Shown: positions 33,166 to 47,100 of the stretch, in pieces | Position numbering within the stretch: the stretch's first letter is position 1 | Layout: the number at the start of each line of letters is the position of its first letter | Assembly (NCBI GenBank): GCA_051294375.1 | Contig: CM119270.1 | Span: 7,323,773-7,387,772, forward strand | Reading direction: 5' to 3' | Source of the DNA: Paraspadella gotoi | Taxonomy: Eukaryota; Animalia; Chaetognatha | DNA: 64,000 nucleotides | Program-made: the position numbers and the translations under genes | Notes under the pieces: model-generated | Told to the model about the DNA's origin: nothing | Seen by the model: the letters and a program-made list of their open reading frames with translations, nothing else | Databases searched by the model: none

Positions 33166-34437
33166 ACATCAATATAACTAACTCACCCGCAATACTTTAA
33201 ACTTTTCAGCCATCGCCGTCGTCCTAATAATCGCCGTCATCATCTTTATCTCCGTCGGCATTTTGCTCTTTTCTCTGGGTGTCCACGCGTGTCGGGCGAG
33301 CGGGGTAAGACGAGGAAGGGTAGAGAAATTTGATCGGAAGAGAGGAAAAGAGAAGAGAAGACGAGAAAATATTTTTAAAGAAAATAAAAAGGGGATGAGA
33401 AGGTTGAAGAAGGAAAAACGGTTAAGGAAAAAAAAAGGAATTATAGAAAGAGAGAAGGAAAAGAAAGTGAGCTTTTAAAAGATATAAAAGTGAAAACTGA
33501 GGGCCGGTGGAATCACCATCACCATCACCATCACCATCACCATCCTCTCCCCAACTCCACCAGCGGCGCCGTCGTGAGGTGACGGATCTGCGGAGGAAGA
33601 ATGAAGAGGAGGCGGAGGAGGCGATGAAGCGGGCGACCTTGCGCGCCTCCGCCGCTCGATCCAGGCGACACATCACCCCGGACGCCGTGCAGCGGATGAC
33701 GCTGGGGAGAGGTGAGGCGTGTGGAAGGGTGATGCACTAACGGTGAAGGACGCTTACCACAAACGACCACAACTCCTTCAGGTCTCGACGAATCCAGAGA
33801 GGAAGTGGACCTGGGAGAACTTAGAGGTTCGATGCTGGGTCAGTCAATCAGGCGACGACAGAGCGAAACAGGCGAATTGGGCACCAGTGCTGTGTCTCTC
33901 TCCAGGTTCGTCTAATTGTCAGTATGTTTATCTGTCTTTCTGTCTGTCGATTTAGTTGTCATCTTTACTGCACACCTACTCTTTTCATTTCTCTCGCTCT
34001 TGTCACTGCCTCCCACGTCTTTGCTCTCTTCCTTATTCTCATCCGTCGCCTAACTTACTCTTAAAAGAACTCACTCTTCTTTACCCCTTTAGACTGAGCA
34101 ACAAGCGCCGCACGATGCAGCATCTGTCCGATTCGTTTGACGCAACGCTTCCGGACGAAGAGTCGGTAGGCGTGGCGCCCGGTTCCGGAAAGAGAACCGG
34201 GACGAGTCCGACGGGAAGTCGTCACCCGACGTGGAGTGCGACGTTGACCGGAGCAGGTTGACCAAGTGAGGGGTTGGCCTTGGGGGGGGGAGGGGGTGGC
34301 ATTTTTCTCTATTGTCTTTAGCTTTTTTTTTCTTTCTTTAATTCTTTCTTTCTTTCTTTCTTTCTTTAATATTTGTCATCCTTTATTACTTTTCAGCTTC
34401 CGGAGGAAGAGGAGAAATAGATCGGGACCGACTTTGA
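22902..34437 (+). CDS. Divergent type I membrane protein, probably CACHD1/alpha2delta-like (Cache domains)
   Basis: Spliced start MKREITGLI|VLLFLPSSIPS looks like a signal peptide. Many GC-rich exons with GT-AG ends, including GVVLHDP and RLGVVAAFVRVETF..C....KRCSLVTGNAFLVASEN, which resemble the second Cache region of alpha2delta/CACHD1. Cys-rich juxtamembrane exons (31840-32060, 32770-32890), TM AIAVVLIIAVIIFISVGILLFSLGV (~33210), charged cytoplasmic tail, and TGA at 34435-34437. The gene is well supported; the family call is tentative. Confidence 0.6.
25004..25182 (-). mobile_element. Structured SINE-like repeat, copy C (degenerate, 3' truncated)
   Basis: Reverse complement reads gggagaacgcaccatc..gtcctaatgactt..gacggt..aaccgcgccag..gccact..agggtccaaagctcct..gtgagaatcccc, collinear with copy B. 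Confidence 0.75.
25312..25379 (-). repeat. Short dispersed repeat family 2 (AAGTCAGGGGCAAGATAGCTT...GTTGTACCAATTTC)
   Basis: Reverse complement of the element at 39402-39470 and 45184-45261. Confidence 0.8.
27120..27305. repeat. (ATCA)n-based low-complexity tandem repeat
   Basis: Direct reading; intronic. Confidence 0.8.
27580..27905. repeat. (GTC/GTT)n followed by (AG)n microsatellites
   Basis: Direct reading; explains the poly-V and SLSL ORFs. Confidence 0.9.
32365..32598 (-). mobile_element. Structured SINE-like repeat, copy D
   Basis: Reverse complement is collinear with copy B (ttgtgg..gcaccatcc..ttccatccatagtcc..gacttccctct..tagggtaaaccgcgcc..gtcggaagcc..gagatg..catcacagg), with a deletion in front of the P1-like hairpin. 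Confidence 0.8.
32895..33165. repeat. Compound (AG)n/(GATA)n microsatellite
   Basis: Direct reading; intronic. Confidence 0.95.
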
Positions 34438-34524
34438 AGATTCAAAATTCGTTATTTTTTACGACTAAGTTTTTTCGATTGTATTATATTCCTATTGTTC
34501 TGTTTAACTATACATGTGTAACTG

Positions 34525-34530
34525 AATAAA
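34525..34530 (+). terminator. Probable polyadenylation signal of the Cache-like gene
   Basis: AATAAA about 90 nt after the stop codon. Confidence 0.5.
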
Positions 34531-36028
34531 CTTTTTAAAATTCCCTCCTTAATTTTTTGAAAAAAGTTATTTAAATTCTAATATTTTTGTATGTTTTAAA
34601 AACATTATTATTAATTCAAATGTGTTTTGGGTTTTTTTTAATAAAAATCACTTTAGTCTTTGCGCTGTTGTCATTGAATTCAAAACTTCATATAAAATTA
34701 GGATGATAAAAACTAAACAAGGACAACGAAGACGAAGCCCAATGCCATGATCAAATACAAACAAAAAAAATTAATTCTGATAATTTGTTAAAATGTATCG
34801 ATGTTATATATATGTAATTTTATGTAAAAATATTTAAAATAATACAAAATTTCAATACTATATCGGGTTTTTTCAACTAAAATTATTACCATTATTTACA
34901 CGCGACGTAAATCACGTTTGTGTACTTATCGTTATCTCGATTACCGAAGAGAATAAATAAGCATTAAGCTGATTTCGGTTAAAAAATGTTTGAAGTGAAA
35001 AAAGAGAAAAAAAGGAAAAAATCGACGACTCCAACTTCATCATCGTTATCGTCATTTTCGACATCGTTAACGGGAGACAAAGAAAATAGCGGAAACGATT
35101 TCAGATAAAAGATCGAGTGGTCATAGAGATTCGGTGATAACTGGGTCCCCTTAAAACCCGCTTGTCTAAAAATACTTAAAAAAAAAAGGCAAACAAGAAA
35201 ACCTGTATATGAATATATCATGATCGTTGATTAAATTAAACATATTTTTTTTTTCCCCTTTTAATTCCTTGTACAATTTTTCTTCCTTTTTACTTTTTTC
35301 GACCCGAAGCTTTGAGTTAATTTTTAACCAAACATTTTCTTTTTTTCTGTTTTTATTTCCTTTTTTTCTTTTCGCTCTGAGCGTGCCTTTTATTCATGCT
35401 GGTAGCTGAAAGGCTCATCTTAAATATTTAAAGATGGAAAGAAGAGAAAAAGAAAACAAAGATTTAAAAAAAAGATGAAGACGTCGAGAAAAATAAAAGC
35501 GGTTGAGATACTTTTCATAAAAATGTTTGATTTTATCTTCTTGATTATTTGTTAAATATAGCGAAATTAGCAGTTTATAGAAAATAAAATTAACGTTTCA
35601 TTTTTATCATTTTTTTAAAAAAACGTGCTTGGTAAACAAACAATCATAAACCAAGATTGAAAAAGAAAAAGAGACAGAGAAAAGCAGTTATTTCAATCTA
35701 TATTCACTTATTAGCCCAACAAAAAAAACAAAACAAACAAAAAAACTTGCGTGATTGACAAGTCCAGACATGCACCGCCTGATTGTCATTGGCCTTCTGA
35801 TCTTTATCAGAGTCGCCCCTGTCTCTTTTAATATCTATTCTGGTTTTTATAGAGGCTCGGCGATATTTCATACCCGACAAAGCTGCTGGTACCCTTTATA
35901 AACTCTTAACGAATTCGAATTAGAAGAGAAAAATCTTAAAAGCATAAGGATCAAGCCATGATGATAGTCATTCATTGATGCGATGATAGTCATTCATCAT
36001 CGTAAATAAACAAACAAATGCGTGTATG

Positions 36029-36070
<42 letters not shown>

Positions 36071-36121
36071 CTGGACAGTTTTCCCGCCAACGAAACGCAA
36101 TCAGAATTTTTAGGGAAAAAT

Positions 36122-36212
36122 TCCACGAAAATCTCGGATGTAAATTTGGGATTTTGTATTGAGAAAAAAGCGCGGAATAAATGGCGATAATAAAAGTTTT
36201 TAGAAGAAAAAA

Positions 36213-36260
<48 letters not shown>

Positions 36261-37302
36261 AGCTGGACAGCCGCTGGACCGCCGCTGGACCGCCGCTGCA
36301 GAGCTGAACTCATTTTCCGACGAATATGAGTAGGGACGAACTCTTTTCCTTTCAATAAAAAAATATTACAAAATAAATATTTTGGGTATAGAGCCATATA
36401 AGAAATTTTTTGTACATTGAAAGTAAACTTAAAAATGCATAAATTTTCGTTTGAGCATGTTCCCATACTAAATTTTTGATTCACCCATTGAGAGGGGCTA
36501 CCCCTATTCAGAAGAAAAAAAACTTGATAAAGCTAAACTCTTTTCAATAATAATGATCCAAAAATTATAATCCCTATTAACAAAATATATAGTTGAAAAT
36601 ACTCAGTTAACGACTATGATATTTTTGACTTCCAAATATTTTTTTTCCTCATTTTAAAAAATTTTAATCTTGAATGAAATTTTTGATTGTTCTTTTTTTA
36701 GGAAGAAACCAGACCGAGGTCAAATTTTATATTTGCATATTTAATTAATTTATAAATAGTTATCACAACTCAAATAATTATTATTTAAAAAAAAGATAAA
36801 ATGATTAAATATATACACTAAAATATTTATAATTTAATAATAGTATAATTATCAGAATAACAAAAAAAGTAATGTTTATATCTCTCTTATCAACTCTTAT
36901 TTTAGATATAATTTGCCAATAGTGGGCCAACCGGTTCAAAGTTACAATAATAAATAAATACAAATTTATTTTTTTAAAATGTAAGTGCTGCATATATAAT
37001 AAGTCACATTAGCTGATTTACATGTGACAATGCATGTCAATATAAGTTATTCTTCACTTTTTTTAAAATGTATCCACGAAAATCTCGGATTAAATTTAGG
37101 ATTTTGTATTGAGAAAAAAGCCCCGAATAAAAGTTTTTAGAAAAAAAAACATAATCATAATTTTTCAAAAAGAAACGATCACGCAAAAGATCGTAAAGAG
37201 AGAAAGAGACAGAAAGAGAAAGAGAGAGAAAGAGAGAGAAAGAGAGACAAAGCTGGACAGCTGCTTGAAGGCCGCTGTACAATCAGTGCAGAAACTGAAC
37301 TC
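36122..37302 (+). repeat. Diverged ~200 nt direct repeats (36122-36311 and 37073-37302)
   Basis: Both read tccacgaaaatctcggat..ggattttgtattgagaaaaaagc..aagtttttagaa..(GA)n..agctggacagc..gcaga.ctgaactc. Confidence 0.8.
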
Positions 37303-38041
37303 GTTTTTTCTGAAATAAAAGAATAAAAGAAATAAAAGAAATAAAAGAAAGGCAAAAAATGTTACAATGGTTTACAATTGGAAATTTTTCCAATTTTTTC
37401 CAATCGCAGCTTGTAAAAGATTTTATTTTTATTTGTATTAAAATTAAGATATAGCTTCTCATTAAAAAGTTATTTTGAGTTCCCATTTTTATTAGAGATT
37501 TTAAAAAAAATTTTGAATTTCATCTTCAATATTATATACTGCAATATGTAAATTAGATTAAAGCATTTCTATATACTAATTTGGATATGATAATGAGTAC
37601 TATAATCTCATTTGCATATTGCAGTAAATCATAATGAAGTGGAAATTCAACAAAAAATACTTAAATCCAAATGTAATAAGAAAATATCAAAGCTATTTCA
37701 AGATGAGAAGCCATATCTAAATTTTTAACTTACTATGAATGCACACTTTTGTAAAACTTTATCATAATTCATAATAATTTTTATTTAAAAAAAAAACGGT
37801 AAGTCACAGCCAAACCTATAAAAGCGTAGTAGTTTTTATTTAAAAACAGCGTGACGGCCGACGACGACGACGACGACGACGACTACGTCACAAGAAGCTC
37901 ACCCGAATCATATCAAGCCTGAACCGGCTTCGCCGGTCATGGCTTGATAAAAAAGGGTCAACAATCTTTGTTTTTATTTTGGCGAAATGAGATTTTACGA
38001 TCTTTATTTATGGTTCGATGATTGTTGGAAACAGGTTTTAC

Positions 38042-38852
<811 letters not shown>

Positions 38853-39401
38853 CTTATTTTCCGTCACGTCGGAAAAACACTTCGTCACTGGTAAATTTTC
38901 GTTTAAAAGACAAAAAATTCGTAAACAAACTTTTGGGACTTATTAAGCCATAATTTAGATATTAATCTAATAAAGAATAACGAAATACAGGGTTTTTCTT
39001 TTAAACCTTTCTTTTTTATTTCTTGTTAAACTATAATTTATCATACATAATTTATTAAAAAAGTTATGTAGAATATATAAATGTTGTATCCAATGTTTTA
39101 TTCAACGCTATATTCCGCTCTTCTTTCTATAATATATATAATATATTAAATTATTTGTTATTTTTTTGCCTTGAAAAATGAATCCACAACGAAAATTGAA
39201 ATATTGGTCAAAAAAATATTATATGTTTATATCCCATAATGATTTTTTAATAAATTTTAACCTCCCTGGCATAAGCTATCCTTAAATCAATAAAGATAGC
39301 AAAAAGACCACGCGGAAAAAAAATATTGAAAGCTTGCAGGGACCTGCTATGTCATTATCTTGTAAGAGTGATGGAGGCCTTAAACCACCAAAGCCTGTCC
39401 A

Positions 39402-39470
39402 AAGTCAGGGGCAAGATAGCTTATTTATTAAATGAATGGATAAATTTTATATTCGTTGTACCAATTTCAT
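39402..39470 (+). repeat. Short dispersed repeat family 2
   Basis: AAGTCAGGGGCAAGATAGCTTATTTATTAAATGAAT..TTTATATT.GTTGTACCAATTTCAT, shared with 25312 and 45184. Confidence 0.8.
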
Positions 39471-39845
39471 TCATGACAACGACCCTGTATAAAAACTTTG
39501 GATCGATACGCATGAACCAATTAGCGTCAAGCGATAAATATGACACAAATCTCTCTCTTTCTCTCCCTCTCTCTTTCTCTCTTTCTCTCCCTCTCTCTTT
39601 CTCTCTTTCTCTCCCTCTCTCCCTCTCGCCTTCTTTTTTTTCCGTGTCTCTGTACATGAAATGCATTAGTAATTTAATTTAATAAGTTTAATAACTGAAC
39701 TATGTCGCTGCAATGATTTCGCGCTCGATTCTTTTTCAAAACAAAAAGGCGCAATTCTCAAAAAAAAAAAAAATCATATTTTTAAATTATTAAAAAGACA
39801 TTGGTAATTTCAATCTATGGTGAAGCGGCTTTTATTTCGTGGATT

Positions 39846-39933
<88 letters not shown>

Positions 39934-40675
39934 TGCTCTCAAAAAATTCCGTATCCTTATTTACTCATGAATTATCTCCCCCTGCATATCTTTTTTTCTT
40001 TTTTCTTTCTTTTTTCTTTTTTTCCAATTTTTTTCCAATTTTTTCTTTTTTTTTTCTTTTTTTAGCTCCGGCGTCAATTTACTTTTTCTCGCGTTTTTTT
40101 TCAGAATTCGGAAAAGGATCATTTTTTTACCGCGTGTCCCGGTTAACGAGGAGTCCTTCTCCGACATTATTTGGAGTACTTTGCTGTCAAACTTTTAAAA
40201 AAAAAGTTAAGCAAACGAAATTCTAAAAACCAAATAAAATACTAACTACCAAACTGAAAACAAAAATAACCAAAAAAATTAAAAGTGAAAGAAAGTCAAA
40301 TTTCTTTTGACATTAAAAAACGACTAAAAGTCAAAGGGACGTCCGATTGATGCAATACACAAAAGCTTTTTATCTCATCTCTCTCCACGCGATGTTCCGA
40401 AACTCCACGCATCCTCACATCTGACCCCTTCCTCGGAGACTCCCCCCACGCCGGAACTTCTTTTTTTTTATTTTCCGGAAACTACGGCGTCTTTTTCCGG
40501 AAAAGAAGGCTAAGTCGTCCAAAGTTGCCGAGAAAAAAAAAAGAGAGAGAGAGATCGATTTTTACTCTTTCCGTTTTTCTTTTAGTTTTTTCTTTTTCTT
40601 TCTTTTTTGGCTCACGACTTCATCCTTCACCGAGACAGGAAATTGTCCATTAGAGCTTGGAAGAACTGCGCGAAG

Positions 40676-40799
<124 letters not shown>

Positions 40800-41138
40800 T
40801 TGATTGTTTCAATAACGGATATCTCTCTCCATCGGCGAAATCCTTCGCGATTTTTCGAAATAAGCGTCACCGCTTGTCGTCAATTTTAAAAGGGACTGGT
40901 GACGCGTCGGACGTCAAAACTTAGCTGGAATTACGCCGCGTGTCGAACTTCAAACGACAAAAGGGCGTAAAAAACTTTTACTTTGCGTCTGTATGATATC
41001 AACAATGGACAATCATTGAAAAAAAAAAATTTTCAATGAAAAAAAAAGTCATAAAAAATAAAGGGATCATCGTGATAGTCGGAAAATAAACAAAACAAAA
41101 ACAAAAAAACATCGACGCCATCTTGGATTCTAAAACCA

Positions 41139-44100
41139 ATGACCCCACAAAACGCCAAAGAAATCATGACGCTTTTTCTCCACATTCCTTTTTTCTCTTT
41201 CCTCCTCTTCCTCCCTTTCCTCCCGCCCTGCTCCGCTCTTCCCGCCTCCGCCGACGCAGCGCGGCCCGACGTGCTCTACGCGGCGCAGGGCCAGCCGCTC
41301 CGTCTGCGGTGCCAAGCCCTCGTCGATCTCCGCGCCGACGTCGCCAACGGAAGCCACCCCGGATTCGACGAGGAGGATTTGAAGGATGATTTACAGGTGT
41401 GTGGTGGAGGGTAGGATGTGTGGGTGGGGGTCGTGGGGAACGGGGATGGGTGGGTTGAAGATGGTCTCAACGGGGATTGGTCCCTCAGGGATTCGATTAC
41501 GATGCTTTTCATTTGCGGCTTGAATCGCCAATTGTGCACAAGGAGATATAAGTGGGCTGAAGATGACCATTCGTGACTTCTTCCCTCTCCATTGAAGGGG
41601 TCCTTGGCATAGAGCCAGTCTCGAGGTGCTCGTTATGCTCCCAGAGGGTTTGCGGCCGTCTATTAGTTAGGTAGATACCAGATTTGGATTGAACACGTTA
41701 TAAATTGATCATGAGTAGATTGCTTTACTTCACGGGCTACCGGCCGGGCCACAACTGTTGGAGCCAAGTTAAATCGGGTTAAAACCTGGTGAACAGTTGT
41801 TTACCATTTTCATATGCGCATTATATATTTCCAATCATTATAATCTGACCCTATTGCCCGCTCAAGTTTGGACAAGTTACTGCATGTCGACAACTGTAAA
41901 TTCCGGCCGTCATGACGAGACGACGACGACGACGACGACGACGACCATTACCACAGCATCGTTGGTGGTTTTTATTTTGGACTAACGTAGAATCTTCGTA
42001 TGAGGTCGCTACTGAAAGCGTGTCAATTCTCTGTCGTCATAGCGTTACGATTTATTCACAATAAAAACGCAATGAGGTCGCTTGCCTCGTAAAGGACTGT
42101 TATGTCGACAAAAAAAAAAAAAAACTCGGAAAAAACCCCTTTTCATTACCTAATAAATTCTCGGTAGTATTACTATCATTTGATAACGATCCCGTACTAC
42201 TATTACTCAATAAAAAACAATAAAATCCATTGATTTGATAAACCTCCGATTTTTTTTTTGGTTCTTTTTTGTTTAAATTATAATTTTTTTTCTTTCTTTT
42301 TTTTTCTCGGATTTCAATTTGCGGCTAATTTGTTCCGGAGACGAAAACAGATAATAACTCGTTTCATAAATATTTTCTTTTCACCCCCCCCAAAAAAAAT
42401 TATTAGTTTTTAAACGGGTTAAGTTAATGAGGCGTCAATCATAACAGAAGGACCGATTATAAGCAAGAGAGGGGAGTGGGGAGTAGGAGGGGGGGGAGGA
42501 AAACGACGCTTACGGACTAAGGGGAATTAGCGGGCGAAAGGGGGGGACGATGGTAGAAGGGAGAGGGCAAAGGGGAGGAAATGATAGCGGGAGGGAGAGG
42601 GAGAGAAAGAGGATGAGGAATAAAAAGGGAGGGAGGAGGAAAGGTAAAAAAAAAAGAAACTCTTTTTTATTTTTTTTTACCAATTATATCATACGAATTA
42701 TTGTTATTTAAAAAAAAAATTGAAAACGATAAGAAATGAATTAAATATAAAAAACCGCGAATAAAAAAATAATTTTTATTTCTTTTTACTGAGTTGTTCG
42801 GTCTCTACGATATCAAGTTATTCAAATTTTGTAAACCAATTGACTTTGCGTATATCTTGACTGAAACTGGCCACTCAAAATCAGATAAAGTAAACTTTAA
42901 ACTGGTCATGAGAGAGAAGGGAGAAGGAAAGAGAGAAAGAGTAAGTAAGAGACAAACTTAACAAAATAACTCAAACAGACACAATGCCCATTATTCGTTG
43001 AACGACGAATCGTCGGATAAATATGCTATTCTCGCCGGATCTTCAAAGCCTTTAACTTCATTAGTACCACTTTGAGCAATCGACTTCAGGCTTAATTCGT
43101 CGTATTCATTCGCCACTTTGAATTAGTCCAATATTCAATTAAACGAGTTGTTTCCTTAAATTTAAAACTTAAATTCGTCGGAAGTCGAAAAAAATTAGCT
43201 TTTTTGTTTTTATTCTCCCCTCGTTAAACGTCGTTTGTTTCTCGTTAGGCCAACCTAATTTGCGAGTGTCTTGCAGATTTTTAAGTGTTCTTAATATTAC
43301 TTTTATTAGTTAATAAATTCTGTAAAGTGAGAAAAATTATACCGATATTATAAATCGTCCCGAGGGAGGATGAAACGAAAAAAGAAGCGACGCGCGAACT
43401 TAAGCGCGCGAAAAAAAAGAAGAGATTTTGGGAGATCGAGTTGAACACGTGTTCAGGCGGATGTAACTTCGTTTGGAACATTGTTTCGGGTTGTAAACGT
43501 AAATACAATTTAAGGTTTTGACTTTAATATCTCGTGAATTATGAGAAGTTTTTTTTTAACGGGTGTTCGAGGATTCTTTCGTCACTATACATATGTAAAG
43601 TCCATCCTTTGGTCCATCCGTCCGTCCGTCAGACCGCACTTCCGTCCGTCAATAAATCCATGGGCGGATTAAATTAGGTGAAGATTGAGCTTGTGAAAGA
43701 AAACGTGAGATGAACTTAGAATCACGTATTTTAATAACGTTTCAGGTGAAAAACTAGAAGGTTTTTAAAAATGCACGTTTTTAGAACAGGTGTAAACTTG
43801 AGTTTTTATTACTAACACATAATCTTTATTCTACCCCAAATAGACAGTAGGTTTTGAGCTTCGGCAACCAAGAAAAAAAGGATTGGCTAATTTCCTCCCC
43901 AGAAATAGAAAAAAAAAGGTTTTCAAACTTAACCTGACTCATCATCACCGGAGATCCTCTCCCCCTCTCAAAAAAAATTCACTTGAAAAAAAAATTGTCT
44001 CTCTTGGATTCCGTCACCGCCGAATACCCAATCCGGCGACGACGACGCCGACGACGACGACGGCGACGAAATGGGCGACTCCGACTCGAGCGACGTCGAC

Positions 44101-47100
44101 GCCGCATCTGTAGCCCAAATTCATTCCGCCGATTATCCGGCAATTGATGTCGCAATCGTCCGTGCAGAAGCCCACCCTCTTGCCTGGGAATCACAACGAA
44201 AAAAAATCATTTACATGTTGCAGTACTTAAAACTTTGTTCAAATGGTTTCTATTAAAACATATTTAATTTTTTATGAGGTTGCTTTTGCACCAAAAATCA
44301 TCTCAGAAGAGAAAATCGGACAGACAGAATGACGGCGGGACGGACAGAGAGACAGAGTAGTAGACAGAGAAGAATGACATTAAATCGAATCCTTCTCACC
44401 TTTTTCAAAGCTCATGCAGCATCCATCATCCAACACCATCCCGTCCATCTTTCTCGGCCACATCCAGCAATAGTAGTTGGACTTGCAACTGTCGAAGTCT
44501 TCTGCCCAGACAAACCCGAGCAGTAACGTCGCCACGAGCCAACTGGAGCGTTTCATTGCTCTCTTCTTTGAAGATTTTTATTAAAAGTTAAATTTGAAAG
44601 AAGAAAAATCAATATTTTTTTTTTATTTCTTTGATTTAAAGTTGAAAGATTGAGGTTGAGAATATTCTAAGGAGTAAATTTAGCAGGGGATTTTCTAGTT
44701 GAATTACGTTCGGTACTTCTCATTTTGTTTGTCAAAAACTAGTTGACTGTTGAATGTGTCAATTTCGGTTTTTGACAAAACAATATCGCGTCCAGTCGCA
44801 TTGATGCCGTTTTCAATGACGGAATTACAAACTTACAATGATTTTAAACATGGCATTCATTCACATACTCTTACATTTCCATACATAGAACTATTATTAA
44901 AAATATCACCCTCTATTTCATTCTCCCAACGATCAATTACGATAAAATAAGATAACTCTTGTCGTTTGCTTAGGGGGTTGGAAAAAAAATCCTTCGGATC
45001 CAATTATGTGGATTAACCTCCGGAATTCGGGATAAAAATTCGAATTTCTTGTTTGTTCTTTTCGTTTATCGGATTAAGAGTGACGAAGTCAGTAGAAAAT
45101 CGATTCGGACCCGAACTGTGGATTTGCTGCGTCGGGAAACTTCAAAATGATGGAGACGTATAATAGAAATACACGTTTTAGCCAAGTCAGGGGCAAGATA
45201 GCTTGTTTAATTTTTAATGAACAAATGAATGAATACATTTTATATTTGTTGTACCAATTTCCCATGTATATTGTTTTAGCTGGAAAAGAAAAAGAAAAGA
45301 GTGGAAAACCAAAGAAAAGAAAATCAATGAAAAGATAAAGCCCAAAGGAGTAAAGAGAAAACATACAAAAGAAAAAAAAAGAAAAGAAAGAAAACCCCCA
45401 AAGAAAACCACCTTTGCCCCCCATACATCCAACCCCCAATCTCTCAATTCTCTCACCACCCCTTCCAGCTGATCTGACCCTCCGCCGCCCCACGGAGAGA
45501 TCCCGCCCCGTCGCCTCCTGGTTCTTCAGTCGCATCGACACGTCGCCCGGTTTCGGCTTCGTCGACACGAGTGCCACCTTCGATCTCGTCGTCGACGGCC
45601 TCGATTTTGGCGCCAACGACGTCTTGTGGATCTCTTGCCAGTGAGGACGTTTGACGTTGTGTCAGTCTCTCCGTTTTTCTACCTGTCTCTCTTCCCTATT
45701 TTACTGAGTTTCTTGTTTCTGTCTTGCTATCTGACCGTCTATATCGCTCTGTCCGCTTTTTTTACTTTAAATGTCAGTCTGACCAATTGTCTTTTTGTCC
45801 TCGGTCCGAATGTCTGTCTGTCTATCTGTCTGTAAATATTCCTATGTCTGTGTTTTCGTCGGTCCGTGCGTCTGTCTTTCCGCTGCCCATTCAATATCAA
45901 CAAACTTGCAAATCCCTTCACAGAAACGTCTTGGACAGCAATTCCCAACTAACGCGAACGTCTATTGAACTCGTGAGAGCGAGAGACCGGTGAAGATCGA
46001 GAACGTGAACGCCTCCTCCTCCGTCGTCACAGTGAGGCGAGTATTTGGTGGGGGTGGGGGGGGGGAAAGAATATGGTGTATGCTGAGGAATTAAGAACCC
46101 AAGATGAAATCGTCAAAGGAATCTTTTATTTTTTTTTATGGAGTTTTTATAGTAAAATTCCGTTTTAATACGTAGTAAAATTTAACAAATAAAATATTAT
46201 AAAAGAAATTAGTCAATAGTCATGCTTCAAAATGAGATTGATGAGGGTCGACACATGGTAAAATTAAATAAAAAAGTCTATCATTTACACTTTTGATTTC
46301 AAATTTACATACATTTTATTTTACGTTTCACATTTGTCTAGAATTTTTGTTTTGTTTTCTAGAGGCGAACGAAAAAGGCCACCGTTATCTGCGAAGTCAC
46401 AGGTAAATAAAATATTTCAAGAATGACATGAAAAAATAATACAACAAAGAAAAAAAAATAAGAAAATGGTATTCATCCATAAACCAGGAGGCGTGCCCGC
46501 CGCCAACGTCACCTGGACTTTGTGGCGTCGCGCTTCCGGCGCCATCTCGTTTCCGCCGCGAGATTTTTCCGTGACGCAATCTGTGGTGACTCGTCACGTG
46601 ACCGGAGGCGTAGGAGGACGATTGGAGTCAGTGAGAATCACGAGATCGATTCTCACTTTTGTGCCGGACGAAAAGATGAATCTCGATCGGTGAGAGAGAC
46701 GAATGATGAATGCCTGCATTGTGCATTGCATTGCACTGCATTGTGCAACATTGATTGGTTATAATCTTAGTTTAAGGTATTGTTAAATTGAATGATTAAT
46801 TGTCATTGTCGATATTGTAATTAACGTATTTGCGAAGTTGGGTTTATAAAGAAAATATAAAGAAAAACACTTGTCAAGGAAAGATAAAGGGATTCTATTG
46901 ACTGAGTCAATCACCGAATATAACTGCCCCTATTCACATAAAGAAAAATCCGGATACTAATCCATTTCTTTCCTCTGTATTTTTGTGTCGGGAATTATGT
47001 CACTTAATTTCCTCACGGATTTCCCTTCATCGAAACGAGATTTACTCGTTTCTTTCCCTCACAAAGTCACAGTGATTTTTGCATTAATCCAATTTAGTCG

